DNA of 64,000 nt from Octopus sinensis. Its lineage: Eukaryota. A program made the position numbers and the translations under genes. This document shows positions 51,042-63,456 of this stretch, piece by piece. Below the pieces are notes generated by a model. It was not told the origin of the DNA. It saw only the letters and a list, made by a program, of their open reading frames with translations, and ran no database searches. Each line of letters opens with the position of its first letter. The stretch's first letter is position 1. The DNA is taken from positions 94,984,001 to 95,048,000 of the forward strand of contig NC_042998.1 of NCBI RefSeq assembly GCF_006345805.1. The letters run 5' to 3'.

Positions 51042-51295
51042 CAGTGATTCGCAACCATTTTTCCCCCTATGGACTCCTTTTGTTCCTATTTTATTCTACT
51101 GGACCTCTATAACCATTCAATGCATATAAATAAAAATCCTATTATATTTTTATAATTGAATATTATTAGGAATTCTATTAAAAAAATTAAGACATTTGTG
51201 TATTATAGGAGTATAATCAATTTATTACACATAAACTTTAATAAAATCTTATATGGACCCCAAAGGACTATTTGGACTCCAACTGAGAACCACTG
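51042..51295. mobile_element. hAT-Charlie-like MITE, degenerate
   Basis: CAGTGATTCGCAACC ... CTGAGAACCACTG imperfect TIRs; no TSD preserved. Confidence 0.55.
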
Positions 51296-51378
51296 ATTTT
51301 GCCAACAGAAACCTATCTAATTTCATATACAGATACATACTCACAACCCTATTACACTCGGTCTAATGATGAGCTTTG

Positions 51379-51418
<40 letters not shown>

Positions 51419-51722
51419 GTTGCTGCTGCTGCTATCATCACCACCATCAATACTAAGTGGTCTCTCTCTCTCTCTGTTATAATGAATAAACTTCGAATCA
51501 CATGATTCAGTTACAACTTTGTTCTCTCTTTTCTCTAGAATTCCCTAATATACACAAAAGTGGGATCCCTGCCCATGTGTAATTACTGACCTGCAAGTAA
51601 TCAAATTAAACACCAACTGCACTATCATACCCAACCATTATACTTCCACAATATCAGAGAGCCTTAGAATGCCACAAGCACTGATCCTGCTCATTAGACT
51701 AACAATGAAATATAGGTATGTA

Positions 51723-51762
<40 letters not shown>

Positions 51763-51782
51763 TGATAATAATAATAATAATA

Positions 51783-51815
<33 letters not shown>
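51723..51815. repeat. (AAT)n microsatellite
   Basis: Directly visible, about 30 units with interruptions. Confidence 0.95.
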
Positions 51816-51816
<1 letters not shown>

Positions 51817-52374
51817 GAAAATGAAATAATATGAACAGTGATAATATTAACTAACGATATTAGACATTGCAAAGTAACTTATAGTAAAAACAAAAAAAGC
51901 AAACTAAAACAAAATACAAAAGAAGACATTGGCCAAAACAACCACTATTGATTTTTGTCAAATGTCTTTCATAGAGAAACATCTCTATCCAATAACAGGC
52001 ATTTAAAAGTTGAGTAACAATACAAAAAAAAAAGAAAAAAAAGAATAAACACAATAGATATTTCAGTGAATATTTTGTGAATATGAAACTAAAAAGCCAT
52101 ATAATATTGCATAGATTTCAAGAGAGGTGCAATTAACTACTTTCAATATGAAAATTACAAATATCTAGAAAAAGTCAACAGCTGTTATAACATAGGTATT
52201 ATCACAGGTATGGATGACTATACATTGTTTAAGAAATCAAGTATTCTAGAGTAAGTCAACACTCTTTTAAGGGAAATAATAGAACAAAAGACAAAATAAA
52301 AAGTTTTCTCAGCTTAAACAAATGCAAACTGGAAAGAAAAGCAAAATTCCTTGTGAATTCACTTGGCGCATTGT

Positions 52375-53150
52375 CATTTCGGAATAGAAGTAAGAAGGTA
52401 ATAAAAGCCACTTAACAATTGAGAGTGTGAAGAAAAATTAATTTATTCAATATGTTGCTTTAATAACCTTTAATCTTGAAATGACAGATAAACTATAAAC
52501 AACATGAAAACAGTTAGAAAACGAGCCGAGATGCACAGCATGACAATGATGCAAATTATGTAATAAACTGTTGACAGTTGAGAAACTTGTGGTTAATCAG
52601 CAGCTGCAGCTGCTTTATAAGAATTGCTTCTATAATCAACCTTGATAGAAACCACAATATCGGCATTCTGGTAGCCGTTGAGATACCTTTTAACAGACAA
52701 AGCTACCATATCCATGTGCATATGCAATACACAGATAGTACTACCTATGTAAAACTTGCTCCTGTTGATGCATTCTATAATGTAAACTGTGAAGCATTTA
52801 TTGGTATTTCCATTTCAAAGAATTGCCAAAATGTATGTATATTCCTTCAGAATCAGTCTTTTGAACAAGTAACTTTCTTTTTTAAATGAGCCAAACTGGG
52901 TACATTTTCTTTTTTCTAAATGCATTGATGACAGCTAAAGAAATTTATCCTGATGTAGCAAGGTTCATAAATTTAGGAAGCCTGAATTTTTGCCCCTCCT
53001 TTCTGACCCTATTTTCAGAAAGATTTCTGAATATCCATTTCATCTCAGTAGATTGTAGAACCCAAATTGGTAATTTTTTTCTTCTCTCTCACTCCATAAA
53101 GATGTATTCAGCCTTTACAAATTGACTTTGCTAACTAGAACTAAATCAGT
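52375..53150 (-). mobile_element. Penelope-like element relic (GIY-YIG endonuclease remnant plus 3' repeat)
   Basis: Minus frame 52799 to 52593: KCFTVYIIECINRSKFYIGSTICVLHMHMDMVALSVKRYLNGYQNADIVVSIK; downstream sequence is homologous to 53560-53795. Confidence 0.65.
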
Positions 53151-53229
53151 GTACATCAATAATAAAATCAATCATATTGGAAATAAAAGTAGCAAGGTAG
53201 AAGAAGCTAGATTGCCAATATTACAGCTT

Positions 53230-53795
53230 CTGTTAATAACCAAGAGACAAAACAGACAGAGAATATGTACATTGCTCAAATAGGAATGTCTGTAGATACT
53301 TTAGAGTTTATATGGTGTCCTGTGCACTTTACTGAACGTGTAAAATCAAACAGGATTCATATTGGTAGCACCATCTAGGTTATATATACACGTCTAAGAG
53401 CAGCCTTGTCTGTTAAAAGATATCTTGACAGCTGCCAGAATGCAGAAGTTAAAGTTTCTATCAAATTCTTTGACAGACACAGCAGTAACTTACATGTTAA
53501 AGAAGCTATATTTATTAGGTGTCTACAATCACAGATGAACAATTACCATGAGCTTCTTGACTGTCAACAGTTTATTGCATGACGTGAAAAACACACACAC
53601 TCCACACATTCTTGCTACAATGTGCATCCCTGCACATGTTGTAATGTTTCTCTTGCTATTTGCAATTTACCTGTCATTTTGAATTTTTCAGTTCAAGATT
53701 ACAACTTGTTAAGCCAAAATACTGAATAAATTAATTTTTCTCCAACTTTGCTTTATTAAGTGGCTTTTATCAACTTCCTATTTCTATATTTAAAG
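53230..53795 (+). mobile_element. Penelope-like element relic (GIY-YIG endonuclease C-terminal half plus 3' repeat)
   Basis: 53349-53582: NRIHIGSTI*VIYTRLRAALSVKRYLDSCQNAEVKVSIK...NLHVKEAIFIRCLQSQMNNYHEL, matching the GIY-YIG pattern YIGST..R...(EA.FI...P.(I/M)N). Confidence 0.75.
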
Positions 53796-54589
53796 CATTT
53801 TTTTTTCAAGGAAATTTAATTTTAAAAAAATTAATAAAATTTAATTAAAGAATCATTATATAAATGGATAAAATAAAAACAAAGCCCCTCATGACAAACA
53901 ATAGAATGGTTTCAAACTGGTTAAATTCAATTCATTTGCTAAAAACCCAATGAAAGAATAAAAACTGAAGAAGCAAATAAAATGATCAGTAGCAAAAACA
54001 TCCATAATAACAATTTGACTGGATGATACTAAATCTATTACTAATTACACCGATTTGGCATTTTATCTCCAGAAATAAAGCTCAAGAAGGTATTCTCTTC
54101 CCACAGACTTGCATCAAGAAAATTAAATGTGAAAGGAAGCAAGCAAATTCTAGAGAAGAAACTTGTTTCTTTGACTTAAAAGAAATGGATGGTTTCTGTC
54201 TTTGAGTATAAACAAGAGAATTTCCAAATAATAGCCAACTGATTTTGCTTCTATTAATATAAATGATACCAAATACATTAGGCATAATTAAAATATACTT
54301 ATATTTCCAGGATTTCTACAAATTCATCACACCAGATGAAAATTTTATTGAGGACTTAGCCCTAGAGCCAATCATGATATGCTTAGGATTATAACTTGGT
54401 AATCATTTTAGAAAGATATATGAATCATATTTATAATTTCAAGTAGAAAACTGATGGTTTTCCATTAAAAAGAAAAAAATGTGTTAGGAGGTTTTTTAAA
54501 TGAACATCAAGATAGGCTTATAGCCTGTCAGTCCAGAAGTTCCTTTCTGCTTGTTTTTATTCTTATAGGCAGGTCTACCATCCATCACC

Positions 54590-54770
54590 AAATTGCAAGG
54601 CCTTTCACAAATTCAACATATTACTTATTTTTACTCAGTGAGTGAACTAGAGCAATGTGAAATGAAGTGTTTTGCTCAAGAACACAATGCATCACCTGGT
54701 CTAGGAACTGAAACTAGAACCATACAATCATGAATTCAACACCCTAACCAATAAACCATGTACCTCCACA
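54590..54770 (-). mobile_element. CORE-like tRNA-derived SINE, degenerate
   Basis: gagcaatgtgaaatgaagtgttttgctcaagaacacaatgc..ggaactgaaac..ccctaacc; paralogous to 55690-55872. Confidence 0.6.
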
Positions 54771-55509
54771 TAGTATGAGTAATTCAATAAACATTCACAT
54801 ATTGAGAAGATTTTCGTCACCATCATCATTTTTTCTTTTATTTTCCAATGTTGCATGAGTCAGATAGGCTTTTATTTATTAATTCATACAAAATTTTAGG
54901 AAGAGGGAGATGATAAAGAAAAGAGAGATTATATTTTGTAAAATAATTGCAAGAATATGCAACAATTTCAATGATCAACCAAATCTGGAGGCAAAGTTTC
55001 AATATGATACTTCAAAGATTAACTGTGAAATAAAGCTTGTATGATATAAAGCCTATATAACTAGTCAAAGAAAAAAGGTTTGGCAGCTTCAAGTGTAAGA
55101 TTTCATATCCACTAGCTGCAAATTTAATAGCTACAGCAGATGAGAGACCTTTTTAAATTTAAAAGATCCACAATGTTTGGAAGTAATATATACTATAGTT
55201 AAGAGTCAAATGTTGTTTGAGCTCATTTCTATTTTATCCAGGTGAGAAATAATCTCAGTCTTAAGTGATACTCAACAAAAACCTGCATCATTCTAAGTTC
55301 TCACCCAGGTGGAAGACTACAAAAATAAAGATTGTTATTCTCCATAATCAAGTGACATGTGACAAAGACTATATTACGAAAGAAGAATTTCTCTAAGGAC
55401 AATTAAGTACATCTAATGATAATTATCAATAAACAATTAATAAGTTAGTGCAGAAGAAACCAAGAATATCCATTTGAAACCTCTTTAATATTCACTTGCT
55501 CTGTATCAT

Positions 55510-55650
55510 TATGGGTAGTTCACATTACTCCATAAGGATCAGATTGGAGCCTGGTACAGCCTTCTGGCTTGCCAGTCCTCAGTCAAACTGTCCAACCCAT
55601 GCCAGCATGGAAAGTGGACGTTAAACAATGATGATGATGATGATGATGAG
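55510..55650 (+). mobile_element. Short RTE 3' tail
   Basis: gatcagattggagcctggtacagccttctggc...catggaaagtggacgttaaac(GAT)n. Confidence 0.9.
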
Positions 55651-55689
55651 AATAGGTTCAGTTCCCACTTTTTCATGCATATATATTCC

Positions 55690-55872
55690 TCCCTGGATGG
55701 GGATGCCAGTCCATTTTAGGGTTACTCATTTTTACCAGCTGAGTGGACTGGAGCAACATGACATAAAGTGTTTTTGCTCAAGGACACAACGCATCCCCTA
55801 GTCCAGGAATCGTAACCACAATCTTACAACTATGAGTCCAACACCTTAACCACTAAGCCATGTGCCTCCACT
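55690..55872 (-). mobile_element. CORE-like tRNA-derived SINE
   Basis: gctgagtggactggagcaac..tgctcaaggacacaacgc..ggaatcgtaacc..cttaaccactaagccatgtgcctccac. Confidence 0.7.
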
Positions 55873-56379
55873 CTGTATCATTATACACTTCATAAAACAA
55901 GTATCATTTACATGTGCACACATACACATATATGGAATTTAACATGACATAAACTGTGACACACCAACTGTCACCAAAAAGAAATCACCAGTTATCAAAT
56001 ATAATTGCAAAATCCAGTGGCAAGGTAGAGGTGAAATAGGGATCTCTGCTCCAATGGTGAATACTGAGAAAGCTTCAAATAGTCCTCTGCAAACACATAC
56101 AGGAGTACTAACAAACCAAGCACTTATTAATTATGCAGCACTCCTCTCAAAAGTAGTTAACAGTACTTCATTGGTAGTAGTGTAAATAGAGCCAGTAAAA
56201 TGTTGAGTATTCTAGCTATGGATACAATATAGCGTTCAAGGTTGGATATGAACATTATAACTATTTTTTTTTTTTTTTGTTTAGCACCCTATCCTCGTCA
56301 CTAGTTGTAATCACTTCTTTAAATGAAACTCAGTGAAATACTTAATGTTAATTAATTAGATATATTCCCAAGCCCTTAA

Positions 56380-57010
56380 AAAGAAATGGAAACGGAAAAG
56401 AAATACAGAATACGATAACAAAAATCAATGCTTATCGGTTTAGCATTTTTAAATATGATTTACGAAACTGGCCACGTGGTTCTAATTTATTTTAAAGATG
56501 CATTTGTAACTTTAAAAACATTCTTCTTGCACACAATTTAGATTTTCATCAGAAAGATTAAATCATCTAAATAAATGTGAGTGTGACCCTAGTATTTAAT
56601 TTATTAATCCGGAAAAGAGGAAAAAGCAAACTTCACTCAGCTGTATTTGAGCTCAAAGCGACGAAAGATGAAAATTAAATACAATAAAGTGTGCGTACAC
56701 CTTCAATAAAGTGTTGTTTTAATGCAAGGGGCGCAACTCCCAGGGAGAGGCAAGGTTACAAGGGAAGCAACTCAATACATACACGGATGTGTGCCCTAGA
56801 GGCCGGTTATTGTAAGGGAGTTAATAAGTTCTTTAGAAATCTTGGTAGAGTTAGAAGTTTTAAATTTATATCGAAGGAGGAAGAAGATACGTGAAATATA
56901 CATATTTGATATTTTTGTTGCTTATTCAATACAAATTAATTTAGTTCAATTTAGAATAAGTCAACAGTAATTTTGTGAATCAAACGTTACTCGCTGTCAC
57001 GTGACAAGAC
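56380..57010. promoter_or_regulatory. CpG-retaining non-repeat segment with two CACGTG E-boxes; candidate promoter
   Basis: About 17 CpGs in ~630 bp by eye versus about 2 in the preceding 500 bp; CCACGTGG at 56472-56479 and GTCACGTGAC at 56996-57005. Confidence 0.35.
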
Positions 57011-57214
57011 AGTTCTAAAAGAGATGGAAAGCTAATAAAGCTGCCAATTTATCCTAATATTGAATAACAAATTGAGTTAATAATAGTTTTTAATGTAGGC
57101 ATATGGCCTGAAAATTCACGCCGGTGGCACATAAACAGCACCATTCGATGCCAGTACTGCCTGACTGGTCCTCGTGCCGGTGGCACATAAAAAGCACTCA
57201 CTACACTCTCAGAG

Positions 57215-57680
57215 TTATTTCTTTATTGCCTGCAAGGGGCTAAACATAGAGGGGACAGACATTGACCCCAGTGCGTAACTGGTACTTATTTAATCGACCC
57301 TGAAAGGATGAAAGGCAAAATCTTCCGAGCGTGGCCGTCTGCCAGCCTCGTCTGGCACCTGTGTCGGTGGCACATAAAAAACACCATCCGAGCGTGGCCG
57401 TTCGCCAGCCTCGTCTGGCACCTGTGTCGGTGGCACATAAAATCACCCACTACACTCTCGGAGTGGTTGGCGTTAGGAAGGGCATCCAGCTGTAGAAACA
57501 CTGCCAGATCTGACTGGCCTGGTGCAGCCTTCGGGCTCCCCAGACCCCAGTTGAACCGTCCAACCCATGCTAGCATGGAAAGCGGACGTTAAATGATGAT
57601 GATGATGATGATGAATGTAATGGCAGACAAAACACCACTAAGCATTTCGCCCAGCGTGCTAACGATTCTGCCAGCTCGCC
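57215..57680 (-). mobile_element. OK-like SINE split by an RTE 3' insertion
   Basis: SINE tail/body at 57215-57320, head at 57615-57680; the central gtcgacctcggcggaatttgaactcag segment is missing. Confidence 0.8.
57322..57614 (+). mobile_element. Young RTE 3' fragment (two 63-bp units plus tail)
   Basis: Nearly identical to 1135-1421, including diagnostic ttcgggctccccagaccccagttgaacc. Confidence 0.95.
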
Positions 57681-58234
57681 TCAGTATCCAGCTGTAGAAA
57701 CCTTGCCAGATCAGATTGGAGCCTGGTACAGCCTTCTGGCTTGCCCATCCTCAGTCAAACCGTCCAACCCATGCCAGCATGGAAAGCAGACATTAAAAGA
57801 TGGTAATGATGATGATATCATTCCCTGTACTTGACTGGTACTTTATTTCATTGACCCCAGAGAGATGAAACTGATCTCAGAAGGATTTGAACTCAACATA
57901 AAAAGTAGGAACAAATATCACAAAGCATTTTTTTCCACCAATAAGCTAATGATTCTTCTAATCTCCTATCCTAAAACTTACTTCAAGGTTTCAAATTTGG
58001 AGAAGTACCATTAGTTGATTAAATCAACCACAATATTTGACTGGCACTTGACAGTACTTGACTGGTACTTTACTTTCTCAGCTCTGGAATGATGAAAGGA
58101 AAAGTTAGCCTGGGCAGAATTTGAACACACAATGAAAGAGGTGGAACAAATACTGCTAGCTATTTTTTCAGAGGCCTTAACACTCCTGCCAATCCACTTC
58201 ACATCTTTTTGAAGGAATTTAATTCACAGGAAAT

Positions 58235-58450
58235 CATCATCATCGTTTAACGTCTGTTTCCCATGCTAGCATGGGTTGAACAGTTCGACCAGGGTCTGGG
58301 ATGCCAGGAGGCCGCACCAGGCTCCAGTCTGATCTGGTAGAGTTTCTACAGCTGGATGCCCTTCCTAACGCCAACCACTCCATGAATGTAGTGGGTGCTT
58401 TTTACGTGCCATCGGCACAGGGGCCAGAGGTGGCCACAATCGGTTGGTAC
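58235..58450 (-). mobile_element. RTE 3' fragment
   Basis: catcatcatcgtttaacgtctgtttcccatgctagcatggg...gtgggtgctttttacgtgcc. Confidence 0.9.
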
Positions 58451-58520
58451 TTTTTATGGTTCTATAGTTTCCAATACCTCCATGGTGGTGGTGGTGGTGG
58501 TGGTAGTAGTAGTAGTAGTA

Positions 58521-59785
58521 TTAGGTTGTTTCAAAAATAATGGCTGCTCTAAGCGTTGTTTTGAAATGCAATTTTGTCATAGTTTTTTAATTATATTTTA
58601 GGTGAATTTTGACATACTTAATAATTGATGTATGTTCTTTAATAATTTTCTACTTATTTCAGAGAGAAAACATTCTTGAAGCAGAGGCACCCTTAATTCT
58701 GAACATGACAAAAAAGGACCTTTGCTTACTTTTCTTGCATGAGTTCAAGATTGGGCATACTGCCTCCCAAACTGCTGCCAATATCAACTGAACAAGAGGA
58801 GAGGAGTCCACAAGAGATAACACAGTACGAAGGTGGTTTCAGAAATTCCGTAGTGGTAATGTGAGCTTTGAAGATGAAGAAGGTAGAGGATGGTCATGCA
58901 GTCTTGACAATGAACAATTGAAAGCAATTGTTGAACAAAACCCATGTCAAAGTGTCAGAGAAATATCTCAGGCATTTGGTGTCAGTACTGCAATAGTCTC
59001 AAACAATCTGCAGAAGATTGGTAAGGTGACCACATAAGCTCAATGAAAATCAAAAAGTTCGGCGTTTTGAAATGTGCTCAATCCTCTTTCTGTGAAACAC
59101 CAATGATCCTTTTCTTGACCAAATAGTCACTTGTGACGAAAAGTGGATTCTTTATGATAACCATAAATGATCAGGTCAATGGTTTGATCGTGATGAGTCC
59201 CCCAAACATTTCCCAAAGCCAAAGTTGCATCAGCAAAAGATTATGGTGACTGTCCGGTGGTCTGCAATTGGTGTCGTCCATTACAGCTTTCTGGGAGTCA
59301 ATCAGAGCATTACGGTAGAGGTTTACTGCAATCAACTTGCTGAAATGCATGCTCACTTGCAAAAAATGAGACCTGCATTGGTGAATTGGCATAGCCCAGT
59401 TCTGCTCCATGATAATGCAAAGCCACATATTGCAAGAACGATGCTTCAGAAACTCACAGACTTGAGATACAAGACTTCACCACATCCTCCATATTCTCTT
59501 GATGTTTCACCCACTGACCACCATTTTTTTTTTAAGCATTTAAACACGTTTTTAAGTGATAAAACTTTCATGTCCAAACTAGAGGTGGAATCAGCTTTCA
59601 AAGATTTCTTAGCATCAAAGCCAATAAGTTTTTATTAATGAGGCATAAATAATCTCATTGACTGATAGTAGAGATGCATAGATGTTCACAGCTAATACTC
59701 TGATTAATCAAAACATTTCTATTGTTAATTTTTCCAGAATAAAATTATGTTTCTGAAATCAGCAATTATTTTCGGAACAACCTAA
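58521..59785 (+). mobile_element. Full-length decayed mariner (cecropia/Hsmar1-like), 26-bp TIRs, TA flanks
   Basis: TTAGGTTGTTTCAAAAATAATGGCTG versus reverse complement of 59760-59785 (3 mismatches). Transposase from ATG 58705: ..VRRWFQKFRSG..IVTCDEKWILYDN..LLHDNAKPH..HPPYSLDVSPTDH; several stops and a deletion at WVPH. Confidence 0.97.
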
Positions 59786-60299
59786 TAATAGTAAAGGTAG
59801 TAGAGTGAAAGAAGCAGCAGTGATCCAGACTAAATACTTCACTGTATTTTATTTTATATCTTTTTTTCACTTAGCTTTTCACTATGCTTAGATTAATGAA
59901 ATAGATTCAGTTAACTTTGTCCTTTCCCTACAATTTATGACTTTGTAAGAAACCATTATCCATATTGCAATCATTTATGATAATAATCATTATTCAAAAT
60001 CATATTATTTTTACTTTACAATATTGACAAAATGTAAATGAATTTAATCATCATCATCAGATGTTAAATGATGATGATGATTTGAACATTTCATAATCTT
60101 ACTGAAATGTTACCAAGTTTTTCAGCAAAGTAAGGTAATAAGATGTTTGCTCTCTCTTCAGGTGTCATGCCTACACGCATCATTGATCATGGACTGTCAT
60201 ACCAAAAGTCTAAAGATTCACTGTTTTTCTTGAGAAAAAGACAGCAGTGATTTCCCAGTTTATCAACAATTTCTAAGCTAGTCTCTTTCTCTGCCACAC

Positions 60300-60525
60300 T
60301 TAACCTTTTAGCATTCAGATTACTCAGTCAAATGTAATGCTTATTTATTCACATTTCTTTGAATTAATCATGTATTATTAAATAGCTTTGAGACTTTGAT
60401 GACATGTTTGTTTATTTTTAGAATAACACAGTAGGGTAGGTGTGAGAGGACGGGTCAGGTCAGTCTGAACATAACACAGGCAGAATATTTGGCCAGATAT
60501 GGTCAGTTTAAATGTTAAATGGTAA
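60300..60525. mobile_element. piggyBac-like MITE, degenerate
   Basis: TTAACCTTTTAGCATT ... AATGTTAAATGGTAA imperfect termini. Confidence 0.45.
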
Positions 60526-61304
60526 TGAATGAAACACAAAGCCTATTCAGTCAAGGGAATTGATTCACATGATATCAGAGCATGTTCACATGTTTGTGGC
60601 CCTGTGTAATACAGGACTAGAAACTAACCCTTTTCTGAGTCCTGTAAATCTTACCTACTCTCTCTCTTCTGCAACATGACACATAACTAAGGCTCTTGAC
60701 AGATACTACCTTGGGCCAGAATAGATCCAGGAGTAGGGAAGACTAAAGGGTAACTCCATTTCCCCCCAAACCCCTAAACTCCCAAGCTGGAGCCTTAACA
60801 CTAGCTGCAGTTTAATGTCTTGCCAGAACAGGCCATAAGTTATAAAGAAAAAAGAAATTGTTGAGCATATTTTATTAAAGCTCAAAATACCAATTATCAC
60901 AAATAATATCATTTCAATAACATGATCATCAATGAAGGTGTTATGTATTTATTTCTCAACAGTTTTGTGGCAGAGTCAAAATTTTATCTTTGTATCACAC
61001 ATTTTTTTTTACCCTTGCCATGTTCTTTATCCTATCACCAACCATGTTCATTTTCAGTCTTAATTTAAGTGTTATTTCATCATCAAACTTTGTTTGATTC
61101 ATGGAACTATTTGCAGCTTTGTCATATCAGTTTCATATTTTATTTTTTTATCACAACTTTTAAATAGTAACATTTTTGGTTACAGATTTCTTATAAGCCA
61201 AATTACCAGTTCACTGCATTTTTTGAAACTCAGAAGACTTTGAAGAGCAACAACTTTTTCCATTTATGTTCACATTCTTTACTAATAAACAGTAATAGAA
61301 ACAA

Positions 61305-61663
61305 GGAGGCGCAACGGACTCACGGTCATAGAATCGCGGTTTCAATTCCCAGACCGGGTGTTGTGAGTGTTTATTGAGCGAAAACACCTAAAAGCTCCAC
61401 GAGGCTCCGGCAGGGGATGGTGGTGATCCCTGCTGTACTCTTTCACCACAACTTTCTTTCACTCTTACTTCCTGTTTCTGTTGTACCTGTATTTCAAGGG
61501 GCTGGCCTTGTCACTCTCTGTGTCACGCTGAATATCCCTGAGAACTATGTTAAGGGTACACATGTCTGTGGAGTGCTCAGCCACTTACACGTTAATTTCA
61601 CGAGCAGGCTGTTCCGTTGGTTCGGATCAACCGGAACCCTCATCGTCGTAACCAACGGAGTGC
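61305..61663 (+). mobile_element. OR2-like tRNA-derived SINE (A-box region deleted), CpG-rich and young
   Basis: ggaggcgcaa|cggactcacggtcatagaatcgcggtttcaattccc B-box-like head, then ~300-bp unique body ending cgtcgtaaccaacggagtgc. Confidence 0.85.
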
Positions 61664-61968
61664 TTCCATCCCAATAGAAACAAAGAAGTAAACACATACA
61701 CATACAACTACACCATGGAAGACACATGTTAACCATTCAGAAAAACACAAAGTTTGTTCACTTCATTAAAACCTTTATTGCTTGTAATATGCTGTCAAAA
61801 TTTTTGTCACTCAAAACTGCAACCTGGTCACAAACAAAATTTGTGCTGCATCTCAATAGATTGTTCTCTATCATTTGACAATGAAGTTTCAGTTTTTCAG
61901 TCGATTGAATTGACAGTTCCTGAATTAATGTAAAAGCAGGCTAAGCATACTAAAAAATATGCATACCC

Positions 61969-62275
61969 TTAACCTCTTAACATATTATCCCATATATTTT
62001 CGTTCAGAGACGTTTAGTGTATATATATACATATATATATATATATTTGAATGAAAATATACGTTCATTGTACTCTGAGGTATCTGTCACTTATTTCTAA
62101 CCTGAAGTACTTCATTCATGATGTTATTCCCATTTTCTATCATCAACTATCAGTAACTTTATAATAAATAATTTGTGGACTTATTCTTCTTCCTTACATA
62201 TAGATTCAAAATAAATAATAAAAAATATATTTTTTACACAGAAATTAGTAAAAAATGTGTATGTTAAGAGGTTAA
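61969..62275. mobile_element. piggyBac-like MITE with TTAA and perfect 16-bp terminal inverted match
   Basis: TTAACCTCTTAACATA (61969-61984) / TATGTTAAGAGGTTAA (62260-62275). Confidence 0.85.
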
Positions 62276-63029
62276 TACAATTCTCAGACGGAACCAGTGT
62301 AACACAGAAAGTGACTAGACTGTATCTTTGAATTACAGGTGCAGTCCTTCCAGTGGGCTTTTATGCAGTTTCCATTGTCCCACACTCACTCACAGAGTAT
62401 GAGCTGACCTAAGGCTATAAAGAATGGTATCTGCTACACAGCAGGATCAAATCTTGGCATTTCTGGTTGAAAAGCAAGGTCTTAATCATTTGGCTGTGTG
62501 TGTGTATTGGAGGGGAGGGGTCTCTTTGTTTCTTTGCATTGACAGTTTGAACCTCAGCAAGATTTCTTTATATTCTCCATGCACAAAATGCCTCACTCAG
62601 CAGTTCAGTGTGCAACAATCATCAGAATAAGTATTTTATCTGGTTACACAAGCACTCTCAAGTGGTTGGCATTAGGAAGGGCATCCAACCAGAGAAACCA
62701 TGCCAAAGCAGAAACTATCAAAACTTGCAAGCCATGCCAACAGGAATGTGGACACTAAAATGATGATGCGGATAATGGTGATGATGATGATAACAGGAAT
62801 GTGGACACTAAAATGATAATGATGATGGTGATGATGTCGAACGGCATCTGGCAACAGAATACTGCCTCAAAAAGTCTTGTCTAACCCATGCCAGCATAGA
62901 AAAAGCAGGAATATGTGATACATATGCATAAGCACTCAGGTGTATGTAAGTATTGTCATCATCATTCAACGTCCGTTTTCCATGTTGGCATGTGTGCATG
63001 TGTATAAAAAATGGTTTCAAATTTTGGTA

Positions 63030-63262
63030 CAAGACCAGGAATTGTAAAATAAGGATGAAGTCGATTACATTGACCCCAGTGTTCAACTGATACTTATTTT
63101 ATTGACCCTGAAAAGTTAAAAGGCAAAGTCAACCTTAGTGGAATTTGAACTCCATGCCTGCAGAGAAGACAGCCCTTTACATTCATCATCAGATGATGAA
63201 TGTAATGATGAATGTAAAGATGTAAGCAGAAATGCTGCTGAGTATTTTGTCCAACATGCAAA
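63030..63262 (-). mobile_element. OK-like SINE with an internal (GAT)-rich insertion
   Basis: gtcgattacattgaccccagt...ggcaaagtcaacct..ggaatttgaactc, then head reverse complement gctgagtattttgtcc..tcagctcacc. Confidence 0.7.
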
Positions 63263-63456
63263 CGCTTCTGTCAGCTCACCACTTTTATGTATGTAAATAA
63301 TGAGCTTCCAAGTAATTTTTAACAACCAGTATAATATATTGAATAATTCAAAGCTACAATAGAAGACATTTTTTTGAGGTGTTGTGCCACAGGATCGAAC
63401 CCAGAGCTACATGTTTGCAAAGTGAAATTCTAAACTACATAGTGATATGTCTCAGC

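Noticed and set aside
61305-61352. tRNA-like sequence (also the heads of OK/OR1-like copies)
   Set aside because: SINE heads: no complete cloverleaf, and each continues into a SINE body.
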